Below are positions 1 through 13,700 of a DNA stretch of 64,000 nt, one piece after another. The notes under the pieces are model-generated. The model was given only the letters and a program-made list of their open reading frames with translations. It was not told the origin of the DNA and ran no database searches. Source of the DNA: the human T2T-CHM13v2.0 reference genome, Homo sapiens; the NCBI RefSeq assembly GCF_009914755.1, contig NC_060948.1; one strand, 5' to 3'. The first letter of the stretch is position 1. The number at the start of each line of letters is the position of its first letter. Position numbers and translations under genes: made by a program.

Positions 1-1795
1 CTGGAATGGAATTGAATGGAATGGAATAATATGAAATGGAATGGAATGGAATGGAATGCCCTTGAATTAAATGGACTGGAATGGAATGGACTCGAACAGA
101 GTGGAATGGAAAGTGTTGAGATAGAATGGAATGGACTCCTTTGGAATGGTCTAGTAGGCAATGCAATCGACTGGCAGGGAATCAAAAGGAATGTAATGGA
201 ATGGATTGGACTGGAATGCAATGGACTCGAATAGATTGGAAACGGAATGCAAAGGAATGGAATGGAATAGTATGGAATGGAATGGAAAGGAATGCAGTGG
301 AATAGACTAGAGTGGAATGGAATGGACTGGAAAGCAATGGACTGGAATGGAACTTTATTGAATGGACTGGAATCAAACGGAATGGAATGCAATGCAATCA
401 AATGGCATGGAATAAAATAGAATGAAAGAGAATCAAATGGAATTGAATCGAATGGAATCGAATGGATTGGAAAGGAATAGAATGGAATGGAATGGAATTG
501 ACTCAAATGGAATGGACTAGAATGGAATGGATTCGAATGGAAGGCAAAGGAATGGAATCTATTGGAATGGACTGTAATGGAATGGAATGGAAGGGATTGG
601 AATGGACTCGAATGCAATGGACTGCAATAGAAAGGATTCGAATGGAATGAAAAAGAATTGAATGGAATAGAACAGAATGGAATCAAATCGAATGAAATGG
701 AATGGAATAGAAAGGAATGGAATGAAATGGAATGGAAAGGATTCGAATGGAATGCAATCGAATGGAATGGAATCGAACGGAATGGAATAAAATGGAAGAA
801 AACTGGCAAGAAATGGAATCGAAATGAATGGAGTGTTATGGAACGGACTCAAAAGGAATTGAATGTAATAGAATGGAGTGGAGTGGACTCGAATATAATG
901 GACTGGAATGGAATGAAATCACATGGAATGGGAACGAATGGAATGGAATGGAAAGGAATGGAATCGAATGGAAAGGAATCGAATGGAAGGGAATGAAATT
1001 GAATCAACAGGAATGGAAGGGAATAGAATAGACGGTAATGGAATGGACTCGAATAGAATGGACACGAATGCTCAAATTGAATGGACTCGAATGGAATGGA
1101 AACGAAAGGAATGTCATCGAATGGAATTGAATCGATTGGAATGAAATCGCATAGAATGGAGTGGAATCAAATGGAATTGAATCGAAAGGAAAGGAAGCGA
1201 ATGGACTGAAATGAAATGGAATGGAATTGAATGGAAAGTAATGCAATGGAATAGAATGGAACGAAATTTCACGGAATGGAATCAAACTGAATGGAATCAA
1301 ACCAATGGAATCAAATCAAATGGAATGGAAAGGAATTGAATGGAGTAGATTGGATTGGATGGGATTGGAATGAAATGTACTGGAAAGGACTCGAATTTCA
1401 TGAAACGGAATGGAATGAATTGGAACGGAACGGACTCGAATGGAATGGAATGTCATGGAATGGCATCAAATGGAATGGCATCAAATGGAATGGAATCGAA
1501 TGCAATGGAATGCTATGGAATGGAATGGAATGCATTTTAATGGAATGTCCTCTAATGGAATGGATTCGAGTGGAATGGAATCGAATATAATGGAGTCGAA
1601 TGAAATGGAATTGAAAGGAATGGGATCGAATACAATGGAATATACTGGAATGTAATGTAATGAACTCGAATGTAATTGACTGGAATGGAATGTACATGAA
1701 TGGAATGTAATCGAATGGAAAGTAATCCAATGGAATAGAATCTAATGCAATAAAATCGACTCAGATAGAGTAGAATGTAATGGAATGGAGTGCAG

Positions 1796-1875
1796 TGCAA
1801 TGGAATGGAATGGAATGGAATGCAATGGAATGGAATGGAATGGAATGGAATGGAATGGAATGGAATGGAATGGTG
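1796..1875 (+). repeat. Near-perfect (TGGAA)n tract inside the unit, variable in length between copies
   Basis: Unit 1 reads (TGGAA)4-TGCAA-(TGGAA)9. The homologous tract near 5360 has 3+8 pentamers. Units from ~23,100 onward carry a GGGAT variant pentamer near the end of the tract. Confidence 0.9.
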
Positions 1876-2601
1876 TGGAATGGATAGTAATGGACTGGAG
1901 TGAAATGGACTGGAAAGGAATGGACTCAAATTGTAAGGGCTCGAAAGGAATGGAGTCAAATGGAATAGTCTGGAATGGAATGAACACGAATGTAATGCAA
2001 TCCAATAGAATGTAATCGAATGGCATGGAATATAAAGAAATGGAATCGAAGAGAATGGAAACAAATGGAATGGAATTGAATGGAATGGAATTGAATGGAA
2101 TGGGAACGAATGGAGTGAAATTGTATGCAGTAGAAGAGAATAGAATGGAATGCAAGCGAAAGGAAAGGAATGGATTGGAATGGAATGGAATTCATTGGAA
2201 TGGAAGGGAATGTAGTGTAATGGACAGGCCTGGAATAAAGTGGAATGCTACGGTCTCGAATGGAATAAAAATGTATGGAATGGAATGCAATGAAACGGAA
2301 TCGAATGTCATAGAATGTAATGGAATGCAACAAAATGGAATCCAAAATCATTGACTGGAAAGGCTGGGTGTCGAAAGGAATTGACTCCAATGGAATGGAA
2401 TCGAATGGAATGGAAGTGAATAGAATCGAACTAAATCGAATGGAATGGAATTGATAGGAACGGAATGGAGAGGAATGCAATGATTTGGCATGGAATGCAA
2501 TCGAATGGCATCGAATGGAATGGAATGGAATGCAATGGAATGGAATGTATTAGAATGTAATGAACTTTAATGGAATGTACTCGAATGGATTCGACTGGAA
2601 T

Positions 2602-2616
2602 GGAATGTTCTGGAAG
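2602..2616. promoter_or_regulatory. Perfect three-pentamer heat-shock element (HSE-1), first copy; present in all 18 units
   Basis: gGAAt-gTTCt-gGAAg matches the nGAAnnTTCnnGAAn HSF1 consensus. GGAATGTTCTGGAAG is seen in every unit (e.g. 6151, ~20316, ~62979). The motif match is direct; binding is inferred. Confidence 0.6.
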
Positions 2617-2881
2617 TGAATGGACTCCAATGGAATGGATTCAAAAGGAATGGAATCGTACGGAATGGAATCTAATGGAATGGAATTAAATGGAAATGAA
2701 TCAAATTGAATAGCACGGAATTGAATTGAATGGAATGGAATGCAATGGAATCTAATGAAACGGAAAGGAAAGGAATGGAATGGAATGGAATGGGCTGGAA
2801 TGGAAAGGAATCGAAACGAATGGAATGGAATCGAACTGAAGAGACTGGAATGGAATGCACTGGAATGGAAGGGAGTGTAAT

Positions 2882-2896
2882 GGAAGGTTCTCGAAA
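2882..2896. promoter_or_regulatory. Perfect three-pentamer heat-shock element (HSE-2), first copy; present in all 18 units
   Basis: gGAAg-gTTCt-cGAAa. The two variant copies (gGAAg-cTTCt-cGAAa near 20600 and tGAAg-gTTCt-cGAAa near 34815) still fit the consensus. Confidence 0.6.
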
Positions 2897-2909
2897 AAAA
2901 TGGAATCGA

Positions 2910-5900
2910 ATGGAATGGAATTGAATGGAACGGAATAGAGTCGAATGGAATTGAATGGAATGGAATGGACTAGAGTGAAATGGAATCGAACCACAAGGAA
3001 TGGACAGGAATAGAATGGTCTCGAATTGAATGGAATCGTATGGAATGGCATCAAACGGAATGGAATGGACAGCCACGGAATGGAATGCACTCGAATGCAA
3101 TGGAGTCGAAACTAATGGACTGGAATAGAATGGACTCGACTGGTACGGACTCCAATGGAATGGAATCGAATGGAAGGGAATCGAACGGAATGGACTCGAA
3201 GGGAAAAGACTGCAATGGAAAGGTCTCGAATGGAATGGAAATTAATGGAATGGAATGGAATCGAATGAAATGGAGTCAAAAGGAATGGAATCGAATGGCA
3301 AGAAATCGAATGTAATGGAATCGCAAGGAATTGATGTGAACGGAACGGAATGGAATGGAATCCAAAGGAATGGAATAGAATGGAATGGAATCGAATGGAA
3401 AGGACTCGAATGGAAATCACTCGAATAGAATGCAATTTAATAAAATAGGATCAAATGTAATGGAATGGAATGGAAAGGAATCGAAACGAAAGGAATGGAG
3501 ACAGATGGAATGGAATGGAACAGAGAGCAATGGTATAGAATGGAATGGAATCATCTGGAATGGAATTGAATGGAATGGAATAATATGAAATGGAATGGAA
3601 TGGAATGGAATGGAATGCCCTTGAATTAAATGGACTGGAATGGAATGGACTCGAACAGAGTGGAATGGAAAGTGTTGAGATAGAATGGAATGGACTCGTT
3701 TGGAATGGTCTAGTATGCAATGCAATCGACTGGCAGGGAATCAAAAGGAATGTAATGGAATGGATTGGACTGGAATGCAATGGACTCGAATAGATTGGAA
3801 ACGGAATGCAAAGGAATGGAATGGAATAGTATGGAATGGAATGGAAAGGAATGGAGTGGAATAGACTAGAGTGGAATGGAATGGACTGGAAAGCAATAGA
3901 CTGGAATGGAACTTTCTTGAATGGACTGGAATCAAACGGAATGGAATGCAATGCAATCAAATGGCATGGAATAAAATAGAATGAAAGAGAATCAAATGGA
4001 ATTGAATCGAATGGAATCGAATGGATTGGAAAGGAATAGAATGGAATGGAATGGAATTGACTCAAATGGAATGGACTAGAATGGAATGGATTCGAATGGA
4101 AGGCAAAGGAATGGAATCTATTGGAATGGACTGTAATGGAATGGAATGGAAGGGATTGGAATGGACTCGAATGGAATGGACTGCAATAGAAAGGATTCGA
4201 ATGGAATGAAAAAGAATTGAATGGAATAGAACAGAATGGAATCAAATCGAATGAAATGGAGTGGAATAGAAAGGAATGGAATGAAATGGAATGGAAAGGA
4301 TTCGAATGGAATGCAATCGAATGGAATGGAATCGAACGGAATGGAATAAAATGGAAGAAAACTGGCAAGAAATGGAATCGAAATGAATGGAGTGTTATGG
4401 AACGGACTCAAAAGGAATTGAATGTAATAGAATGGAGTGGAGTGGACTCGAATATAATGGACTGGAATGGAATGAAATCACATGGAATGGGAACGAATGG
4501 AATGGAATGGAAAGGAATGGAATCGAATGGAAAGGAATCGAATGGAAGGGAATGAAATTGAATCAACAGGAATGGAAGGGAATAGAATAGACGGTAATGG
4601 AATGGACTCGAATTGAATGGACACGAATGCTCAAATTGAATGGACTCGAATGGAATGGAAACGAAAGGAATGTCATCGAATGGAATTGAATCGATTGGAA
4701 TGAAATCGCATAGAATGGAGTGGAATCAAATGGAATTGAATCGAAAGGAAAGGAAGCGAATGGACTGAAATGAAATGGAATGGAATTGAATGGAAAGTAA
4801 TGCAATGGAATAGAATGGAACGAAATTTCACGGAATGGAATCAAACTGAATGGAATCAAACCAATGGAATCAAATCAAATGGAATGGAAAGGAATTGAAT
4901 GGAGTAGATTGGATTGGATGGGATTGGAATGAAATGTACTGGAAAGGACTCGAATTTCATGAAACGGAATGGAATGAATTGGAACGGAACGGACTCGAAT
5001 GGAATGGAATGTCATGGAATGGCATCAAATGGAATGGCATCAAATGGAATGGAATCGAATGCAATGGAATGCTATGGAATGGAATGGAATGCATTTTAAT
5101 GGAATGTCCTCTAATGGAATGGATTCGAGTGGAATGGAATCGAATATAATGGAGTCGAATGAAATGGAATTGAAAGGAATGGGATCAAATACAATGGAAT
5201 ATACTGGAATGTAATGTAATGAACTCGAATGTAATTGACTGGAATGGAATGTACATGAATGGAATGTAATCGAATGGAAAGTAATCCAATGGAATAGAAT
5301 CTAATGCAATAAAATCGACTCAGATAGAGTAGAATGTAATGGAATGGAGTGCAGTGCAATGGAATGGAATGGAATGCAATGGAATGGAATGGAATGGAAT
5401 GGAATGGAATGGAATGGAATGGTGTGGAATGGATAGTAATGGACTGGAGTGAAATGGACTGGAAAGGAATGGACTCAAATTGAATGGGCTCGAAAGGAAT
5501 GGAGTCAAATGGAATGGTCTGGAATGGAATGAACACGAATGTAATGCAATCCAATAGAATGGAATCGAATGGCATGGAATATAAAGAAATGGAATCGAAG
5601 AGAATGGAAACAAATGGAATGGAATTGAATGGAATGGAATTGAATGGAATGGGAAGGAATGGAGTGAAATTGTATGCAGTAGAAGAGAATAGAATGGAAT
5701 GCAAGTGAAAGGAAAGGAATGGATTGGAATGGAATGGAATTCATTGGAATGGAAGGGAATGTAGTGTAATGGACAGGCCTGGAATAAAGTGGAATGCTAC
5801 GGTCTCGAATGGTATAAAAATGTATGGAATGGAATGCAATAAAACGGAATCGAATGTCATAGAATGTAATGGAATGCAAAAAAATGGAATCCAAAATCAT

Positions 5901-8900
5901 TGACTGGAAAGGCTGGGTGTCGAAAGGAATTGACTCCAATGGAATGGAATCGAATGGAATGGAAGTGAATAGAATCGAACTAAATCGAATGGAATGGAAT
6001 TGATAGGAACGGAATGGAAAGGAATGCAATGATTTGGCATGGAATGGAATCGAATGGCATCGAATGGAATGGAATGGAATGCAATGGAATGGAATGTATT
6101 AGAATGTAATGACCTTTAATGGAATGTACTCGAATGGATTCGACTGGAATGGAATGTTCTGGAAGTGAATGGACTCCAATGGAATGGATTCCAAAGGAAT
6201 GGAATCGTACGGAATGGAATCTAATGGAATGGAATTAAATGGAAATGAATCAAATTGAATAGCACGGAATTGAATTGAATGGAATGGAATGCAATGGAAT
6301 CTAATGAAACGGAAAGGAAAGGAATGGAATGGAATGGAATGGGCTGGAATGGAAAGGAATCGAAACGAATGCAATGGAATCGAACTGAAGAGACTGGAAT
6401 GGAATGCACTGGAATGGAAGGGAGTGTAATGGAAGGTTCTCGAAAAAAATGGAATGGAATGGAATGGAATTGAATGGAACGGAATAGAGTCGAATGGAAT
6501 TGAATGGAATGGAATGGACTAGAGTGAAATGGAATCGAACCACAAGGAATGGACAGGAATAGAATGGTCTCGAATTGAATGGAATCGTATGGAATGGCAT
6601 CAAACGGAATGGAATGGACAGCCACGGAATGGAATGCACTCGAATGCAATGGAGTCGAAACTAATGGACTGGAATAGAATGGACTCGACTGGTACGGACT
6701 CCAATGGAATGGAATCGAATGGAAGGGAATCGAACGGAATGGACTCGAAGGGAAAAGACTGCAATGGAAAGGTCTCGAATGGAATGGAAATTAATGGAAT
6801 GGAATGGAATCGAATGAAATGGAGTCAAAAGGAATGGAATCGAATGGCAAGAAATCGAATGTAATGGAATCGCAAGGAATTGATGTGAACGGAACGGAAT
6901 GGAATGGAATCCAAAGGAATGGAATAGAATGGAATGGAATCGAATGGAAAGGACTCGAATGGAAATCACTCGAATAGAATGCAATTTAATAAAATAGGAT
7001 CAAATGTAATGGAATGGAATGGAAAGGAATCGAAACGAAAGGAATGGAGACAGATGGAATGGAATGGAACAGAGAGCAATGGTATAGAATGGAATGGAAT
7101 CATCTGGAATGGAATTGAATGGAATGGAATAATATGAAATGGAATGGAATGGAATGGAATGGAATGCCCTTGAATTAAATGGACTGGAATGGAATGGACT
7201 CGAACAGAGTGGAATGGAAAGTGTTGAGATAGAATGGAATGGACTCGTTTGGAATGGTCTAGTATGCAATGCAATCGACTGGCAGGGAATCAAAAGGAAT
7301 GTAATGGAATGGATTGGACTGGAATGCAATGGACTCGAATAGATTGGAAACGGAATGCAAAGGAATGGAATGGAATAGTATGGAATGGAATGGAAAGGAA
7401 TGGAGTGGAATAGACTAGAGTGGAATGGAATGGACTGGAAAGCAATAGACTGGAATGGAACTTTCTTGAATGGACTGGAATCAAACGGAATGGAATGCAA
7501 TGCAATCAAATGGCATGGAATAAAATAGAATGAAAGAGAATCAAATGGAATTGAATCGAATGGAATCGAATGGATTGGAAAGGAATAGAATGGAATGGAA
7601 TGGAATTGACTCAAATGGAATGGACTAGAATGGAATGGATTCGAATGGAAGGCAAAGGAATGGAATCTATTGGAATGGACTGTAATGGAATGGAATGGAA
7701 GGGATTGGAATGGACTCGAATGGAATGGACTGCAATAGAAAGGATTCGAATGGAATGAAAAAGAATTGAATGGAATAGAACAGAATGGAATCAAATCGAA
7801 TGAAATGGAGTGGAATAGAAAGGAATGGAATGAAATGGAATGGAAAGGATTCGAATGGAATGCAATCGAATGGAATGGAATCGAACGGAATGGAATAAAA
7901 TGGAAGAAAACTGGCAAGAAATGGAATCGAAATGAATGGAGTGTTATGGAACGGACTCAAAAGGAATTGAATGTAATAGAATGGAGTGGAGTGGACTCGA
8001 ATATAATGGACTGGAATGGAATGAAATCACATGGAATGGGAACGAATGGAATGGAATGGAAAGGAATGGAATCGAATGGAAAGGAATCGAATGGAAGGGA
8101 ATGAAATTGAATCAACAGGAATGGAAGGGAATAGAATAGACGGTAATGGAATGGACTCGAATTGAATGGACACGAATGCTCAAATTGAATGGACTCGAAT
8201 GGAATGGAAACGAAAGGAATGTCATCGAATGGAATTGAATCGATTGGAATGAAATCGCATAGAATGGAGTGGAATCAAATGGAATTGAATCGAAAGGAAA
8301 GGAAGCGAATGGACTGAAATGAAATGGAATGGAATTGAATGGAAAGTAATGCAATGGAATAGAATGGAACGAAATTTCACGGAATGGAATCAAACTGAAT
8401 GGAATCAAACCAATGGAATCAAATCAAATGGAATGGAAAGGAATTGAATGGAGTAGATTGGATTGGATGGGATTGGAATGAAATGTACTGGAAAGGACTC
8501 GAATTTCATGAAACGGAATGGAATGAATTGGAACGGAACGGACTCGAATGGAATGGAATGTCATGGAATGGCATCAAATGGAATGGCATCAAATGGAATG
8601 GAATCGAATGCAATGGAATGCTATGGAATGGAATGGAATGCATTTTAATGGAATGTCCTCTAATGGAATGGATTCGAGTGGAATGGAATCGAATATAATG
8701 GAGTCGAATGAAATGGAATTGAAAGGAATGGGATCAAATACAATGGAATATACTGGAATGTAATGTAATGAACTCGAATGTAATTGACTGGAATGGAATG
8801 TACATGAATGGAATGTAATCGAATGGAAAGTAATCCAATGGAATAGAATCTAATGCAATAAAATCGACTCAGATAGAGTAGAATGTAATGGAATGGAGTG

Positions 8901-10700
8901 CAGTGCAATGGAATGGAATGGAATGCAATGGAATGGAATGGAATGGAATGGAATGGAATGGAATGGAATGGTGTGGAATGGATAGTAATGGACTGGAGTG
9001 AAATGGACTGGAAAGGAATGGACTCAAATTGAATGGGCTCGAAAGGAATGGAGTCAAATGGAATGGTCTGGAATGGAATGAACACGAATGTAATGCAATC
9101 CAATAGAATGGAATCGAATGGCATGGAATATAAAGAAATGGAATCGAAGAGAATGGAAACAAATGGAATGGAATTGAATGGAATGGAATTGAATGGAATG
9201 GGAAGGAATGGAGTGAAATTGTATGCAGTAGAAGAGAATAGAATGGAATGCAAGTGAAAGGAAAGGAATGGATTGGAATGGAATGGAATTCATTGGAATG
9301 GAAGGGAATGTAGTGTAATGGACAGGCCTGGAATAAAGTGGAATGCTACGGTCTCGAATGGTATAAAAATGTATGGAATGGAATGCAATAAAACGGAATC
9401 GAATGTCATAGAATGTAATGGAATGCAAAAAAATGGAATCCAAAATCATTGACTGGAAAGGCTGGGTGTCGAAAGGAATTGACTCCAATGGAATGGAATC
9501 GAATGGAATGGAAGTGAATAGAATCGAACTAAATCGAATGGAATGGAATTGATAGGAACGGAATGGAAAGGAATGCAATGATTTGGCATGGAATGGAATC
9601 GAATGGCATCGAATGGAATGGAATGGAATGCAATGGAATGGAATGTATTAGAATGTAATGACCTTTAATGGAATGTACTCGAATGGATTCGACTGGAATG
9701 GAATGTTCTGGAAGTGAATGGACTCCAATGGAATGGATTCCAAAGGAATGGAATCGTACGGAATGGAATCTAATGGAATGGAATTAAATGGAAATGAATC
9801 AAATTGAATAGCACGGAATTGAATTGAATGGAATGGAATGCAATGGAATCTAATGAAACGGAAAGGAAAGGAATGGAATGGAATGGAATGGGCTGGAATG
9901 GAAAGGAATCGAAACGAATGCAATGGAATCGAACTGAAGAGACTGGAATGGAATGCACTGGAATGGAAGGGAGTGTAATGGAAGGTTCTCGAAAAAAATG
10001 GAATGGAATGGAATGGAATTGAATGGAACGGAATAGAGTCGAATGGAATTGAATGGAATGGAATGGACTAGAGTGAAATGGAATCGAACCACAAGGAATG
10101 GACAGGAATAGAATGGTCTCGAATTGAATGGAATCGTATGGAATGGCATCAAACGGAATGGAATGGACAGCCACGGAATGGAATGCACTCGAATGCAATG
10201 GAGTCGAAACTAATGGACTGGAATAGAATGGACTCGACTGGTACGGACTCCAATGGAATGGAATCGAATGGAAGGGAATCGAACGGAATGGACTCGAAGG
10301 GAAAAGACTGCAATGGAAAGGTCTCGAATGGAATGGAAATTAATGGAATGGAATGGAATCGAATGAAATGGAGTCAAAAGGAATGGAATCGAATGGCAAG
10401 AAATCGAATGTAATGGAATCGCAAGGAATTGATGTGAACGGAACGGAATGGAATGGAATCCAAAGGAATGGAATAGAATGGAATGGAATCGAATGGAAAG
10501 GACTCGAATGGAAATCACTCGAATAGAATGCAATTTAATAAAATAGGATCAAATGTAATGGAATGGAATGGAAAGGAATCGAAACGAAAGGAATGGAGAC
10601 AGATGGAATGGAATGGAACAGAGAGCAATGGTATAGAATGGAATGGAATCATCTGGAATGGAATTGAATGGAATGGAATAATATGAAATGGAATGGAATG
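2910..10700 (+). repeat. Very recent monomer tandem duplication (period 3549 bp)
   Basis: The ORF track is identical at +3549 across this interval. Otherwise private variants are shared, e.g. GAAATGGAGTGG at ~4260/7810 and GACCTTTAAT at ~6111/9660. Confidence 0.85.
3908..3922. promoter_or_regulatory. Polymorphic heat-shock element (HSE-3), first intact copy; intact in 14 of 18 units
   Basis: gGAAc-tTTCt-tGAAt. The core is TTA instead of TTC in the copies at 349-363, ~11001, ~14555 and ~18074. Confidence 0.55.
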
Positions 10701-13700
10701 GAATGGAATGCCCTTGAATTAAATGGACTGGAATGGAATGGACTCGAACAGAGTGGAATGGAAAGTGTTGAGATAGAATGGAATGGACTCCTTTGGAATG
10801 GTCTAGTAGGCAATGCAATCGACTGGCAGGGAATCAAAAGGAATGTAATGGAATGGATTGGACTGGAATGCAATGGACTCGAATAGATTGGAAACGGAAT
10901 GCAAAGGAATGGAATGGAATAGTATGGAATGGAATGGAAAGGAATGCAGTGGAATAGACTAGAGTGGAATGGAATGGACTGGAAAGCAATGGACTGGAAT
11001 GGAACTTTATTGAATGGACTGGAATCAAACGGAATGGAATGCAATGCAATCAAATGGCATGGAATAAAATAGAATGAAAGAGAATCAAATGGAATTGAAT
11101 CGAATGGAATCGAATGGATTGGAAAGGAATAGAATGGAATGGAATGGAATTGACTCAAATGGAATGGACTAGAATGGAATGGATTCGAATGGAAGGCAAA
11201 GGAATGGAATCTATTGGAATGGACTGTAATGGAATGGAATGGAAGGGATTGGAATGGACTCGAATGCAATGGACTGCAATAGAAAGGATTCGAATGGAAT
11301 GAAAAAGAATTGAATGGAATAGAACAGAATGGAATCAAATCGAATGAAATGGAATGGAATAGAAAGGAATGGAATGAAATGGAATGGAAAGGATTCGAAT
11401 GGAATGCAATCGAATGGAATGGAATCGAACGGAATGGAATAAAATGGAAGAAAACTGGCAAGAAATGGAATCGAAATGAATGGAGTGTTATGGAACGGAC
11501 TCAAAAGGAATTGAATGTAATAGAATGGAGTGGAGTGGACTCGAATATAATGGACTGGAATGGAATGAAATCACATGGAATGGGAACGAATGGAATGGAA
11601 TGGAAAGGAATGGAATCGAATGGAAAGGAATCGAATGGAAGGGAATGAAATTGAATCAACAGGAATGGAAGGGAATAGAATAGACGGTAATGGAATGGAC
11701 TCGAATAGAATGGACACGAATGCTCAAATTGAATGGACTCGAATGGAATGGAAACGAAAGGAATGTCATCGAATGGAATTGAATCGATTGGAATGAAATC
11801 GCATAGAATGGAGTGGAATCAAATGGAATTGAATCGAAAGGAAAGGAAGCGAATGGACTGAAATGAAATGGAATGGAATTGAATGGAAAGTAATGCAATG
11901 GAATAGAATGGAACGAAATTTCACGGAATGGAATCAAACTGAATGGAATCAAACCAATGGAATCAAATCAAATGGAATGGAAAGGAATTGAATGGAGTAG
12001 ATTGGATTGGATGGGATTGGAATGAAATGTACTGGAAAGGACTCGAATTTCATGAAACGGAATGGAATGAATTGGAACGGAACGGACTCGAATGGAATGG
12101 AATGTCATGGAATGGCATCAAATGGAATGGCATCAAATGGAATGGAATCGAATGCAATGGAATGCTATGGAATGGAATGGAATGCATTTTAATGGAATGT
12201 CCTCTAATGGAATGGATTCGAGTGGAATGGAATCGAATATAATGGAGTCGAATGAAATGGAATTGAAAGGAATGGGATCGAATACAATGGAATATACTGG
12301 AATGTAATGTAATGAACTCGAATGTAATTGACTGGAATGGAATGTACATGAATGGAATGTAATCGAATGGAAAGTAATCCAATGGAATAGAATCTAATGC
12401 AATAAAATCGACTCAGATAGAGTAGAATGTAATGGAATGGAGTGCAGTGCAATGGAATGGAATGGAATGGAATGCAATGGAATGGAATGGAATGGAATGG
12501 AATGGAATGGAATGGAATGGAATGGTGTGGAATGGATAGTAATGGACTGGAGTGAAATGGACTGGAAAGGAATGGACTCAAATTGAATGGGCTCGAAAGG
12601 AATGGAGTCAAATGGAATGGTCTGGAATGGAATGAACACGAATGTAATGCAATCCAATAGAATGGAATCGAATGGCATGGAATATAAAGAAATGGAATCG
12701 AAGAGAATGGAAACAAATGGAATGGAATTGAATGGAATGGAATTGAATGGAATGGGAAGGAATGGAGTGAAATTGTATGCAGTAGAAGAGAATAGAATGG
12801 AATGCAAGTGAAAGGAAAGGAATGGATTGGAATGGAATGGAATTCATTGGAATGGAAGGGAATGTAGTGTAATGGACAGGCCTGGAATAAAGTGGAATGC
12901 TACGGTCTCGAATGGTATAAAAATGTATGGAATGGAATGCAATGAAACGGAATCGAATGTCATAGAATGTAATGGAATGCAAAAAAATGGAATCCAAAAT
13001 CATTGACTGGAAAGGCTGGGTGTCGAAAGGAATTGACTCCAATGGAATGGAATCGAATGGAATGGAAGTGAATAGAATCGAACTAAATCGAATGGAATGG
13101 AATTGATAGGAACGGAATGGAAAGGAATGCAATGATTTGGCATGGAATGGAATCGAATGGCATCGAATGGAATGGAATGGAATACAATGGAATGGAATGT
13201 ATTAGAATGTAATGAACTTTAATGGAATGTACTCGAATGGATTCGACTGGAATGGAATGTTCTGGAAGTGAATGGACTCCAATGGAATGGATTCCAAAGG
13301 AATGGAATCGTACGGAATGGAATCTAATGGAATGGAATTAAATGGAAATGAATCAAATTGAATAGCACGGAATTGAATTGAATGGAATGGAATGCAATGG
13401 AATCTAATGAAACGGAAAGGAAAGGAATGGAATGGAATGGAATGGGCTGGAATGGAAAGGAATCGAAACGAATGCAATGGAATCGAACTGAAGAGACTGG
13501 AATGGAATGCACTGGAATGGAAGGGAGTGTAATGGAAGGTTCTCGAAAAAAATGGAATGGAATGGAATGGAATTGAATGGAACGGAATAGAGTCGAATGG
13601 AATTGAATGGAATGGAATGGACTAGAGTGAAATGGAATCGAACCACAAGGAATGGACAGGAATAGAATGGTCTCGAATTGAATGGAATCGTATGGAATGG

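Larger units (their letters stand above)
2188..5736 (+). repeat. Representative complete DYZ1 unit (EcoRI to EcoRI, 3549 bp)
   Basis: Bounded by GAATTC at 2188 and 5737. It contains AGGCCT (StuI/HaeIII) at 2226-2231 and landmarks such as GGCTGGGTGTC, ACAGCCACGG and TGCCCTTGA that recur once per unit. Confidence 0.95.

Noticed and set aside
658-996. Plus-strand MEWNG-repeat ORFs recurring once per unit
   Set aside because: Direct translation of (GGAAT)n. Their recurrence reflects the tandem DNA unit, not protein-level conservation.
2361-2375. G-quadruplex or CpG-island-like regulatory element around GGCTGGGTGTC and the frequent TCGA sites
   Set aside because: There is no cluster of four G3 tracts. 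CpGs are dispersed pentamer variants in an A-rich, C-poor strand, not an island.
411-3445. Several AATAAA hexamers per unit as polyadenylation signals, implying an ncRNA gene
   Set aside because: AATAAA arises from AATGGA by two G>A changes and is expected in this background. Satellite transcription is plausible, but no transcript boundaries can be supported from sequence alone.
3451-4368. 305 aa minus-strand ORF (and its copies) and the other FHSIP-rich ORFs
   Set aside because: (ATTCC)n has no stop codon in any frame and translates to I-P-F-H-S repeats. These ORFs overlap in several frames, are made or broken by 5 bp indels between units, and show no recognisable domain.
2188-5736. Internal ~1.8 kb or ~0.9 kb sub-repeat within the unit (e.g. 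TGTAATGAACT at ~1656 and ~2556)
   Set aside because: Only isolated short matches were seen, with no consistent offset by eye. An autocorrelation of non-consensus pentamers would be needed.
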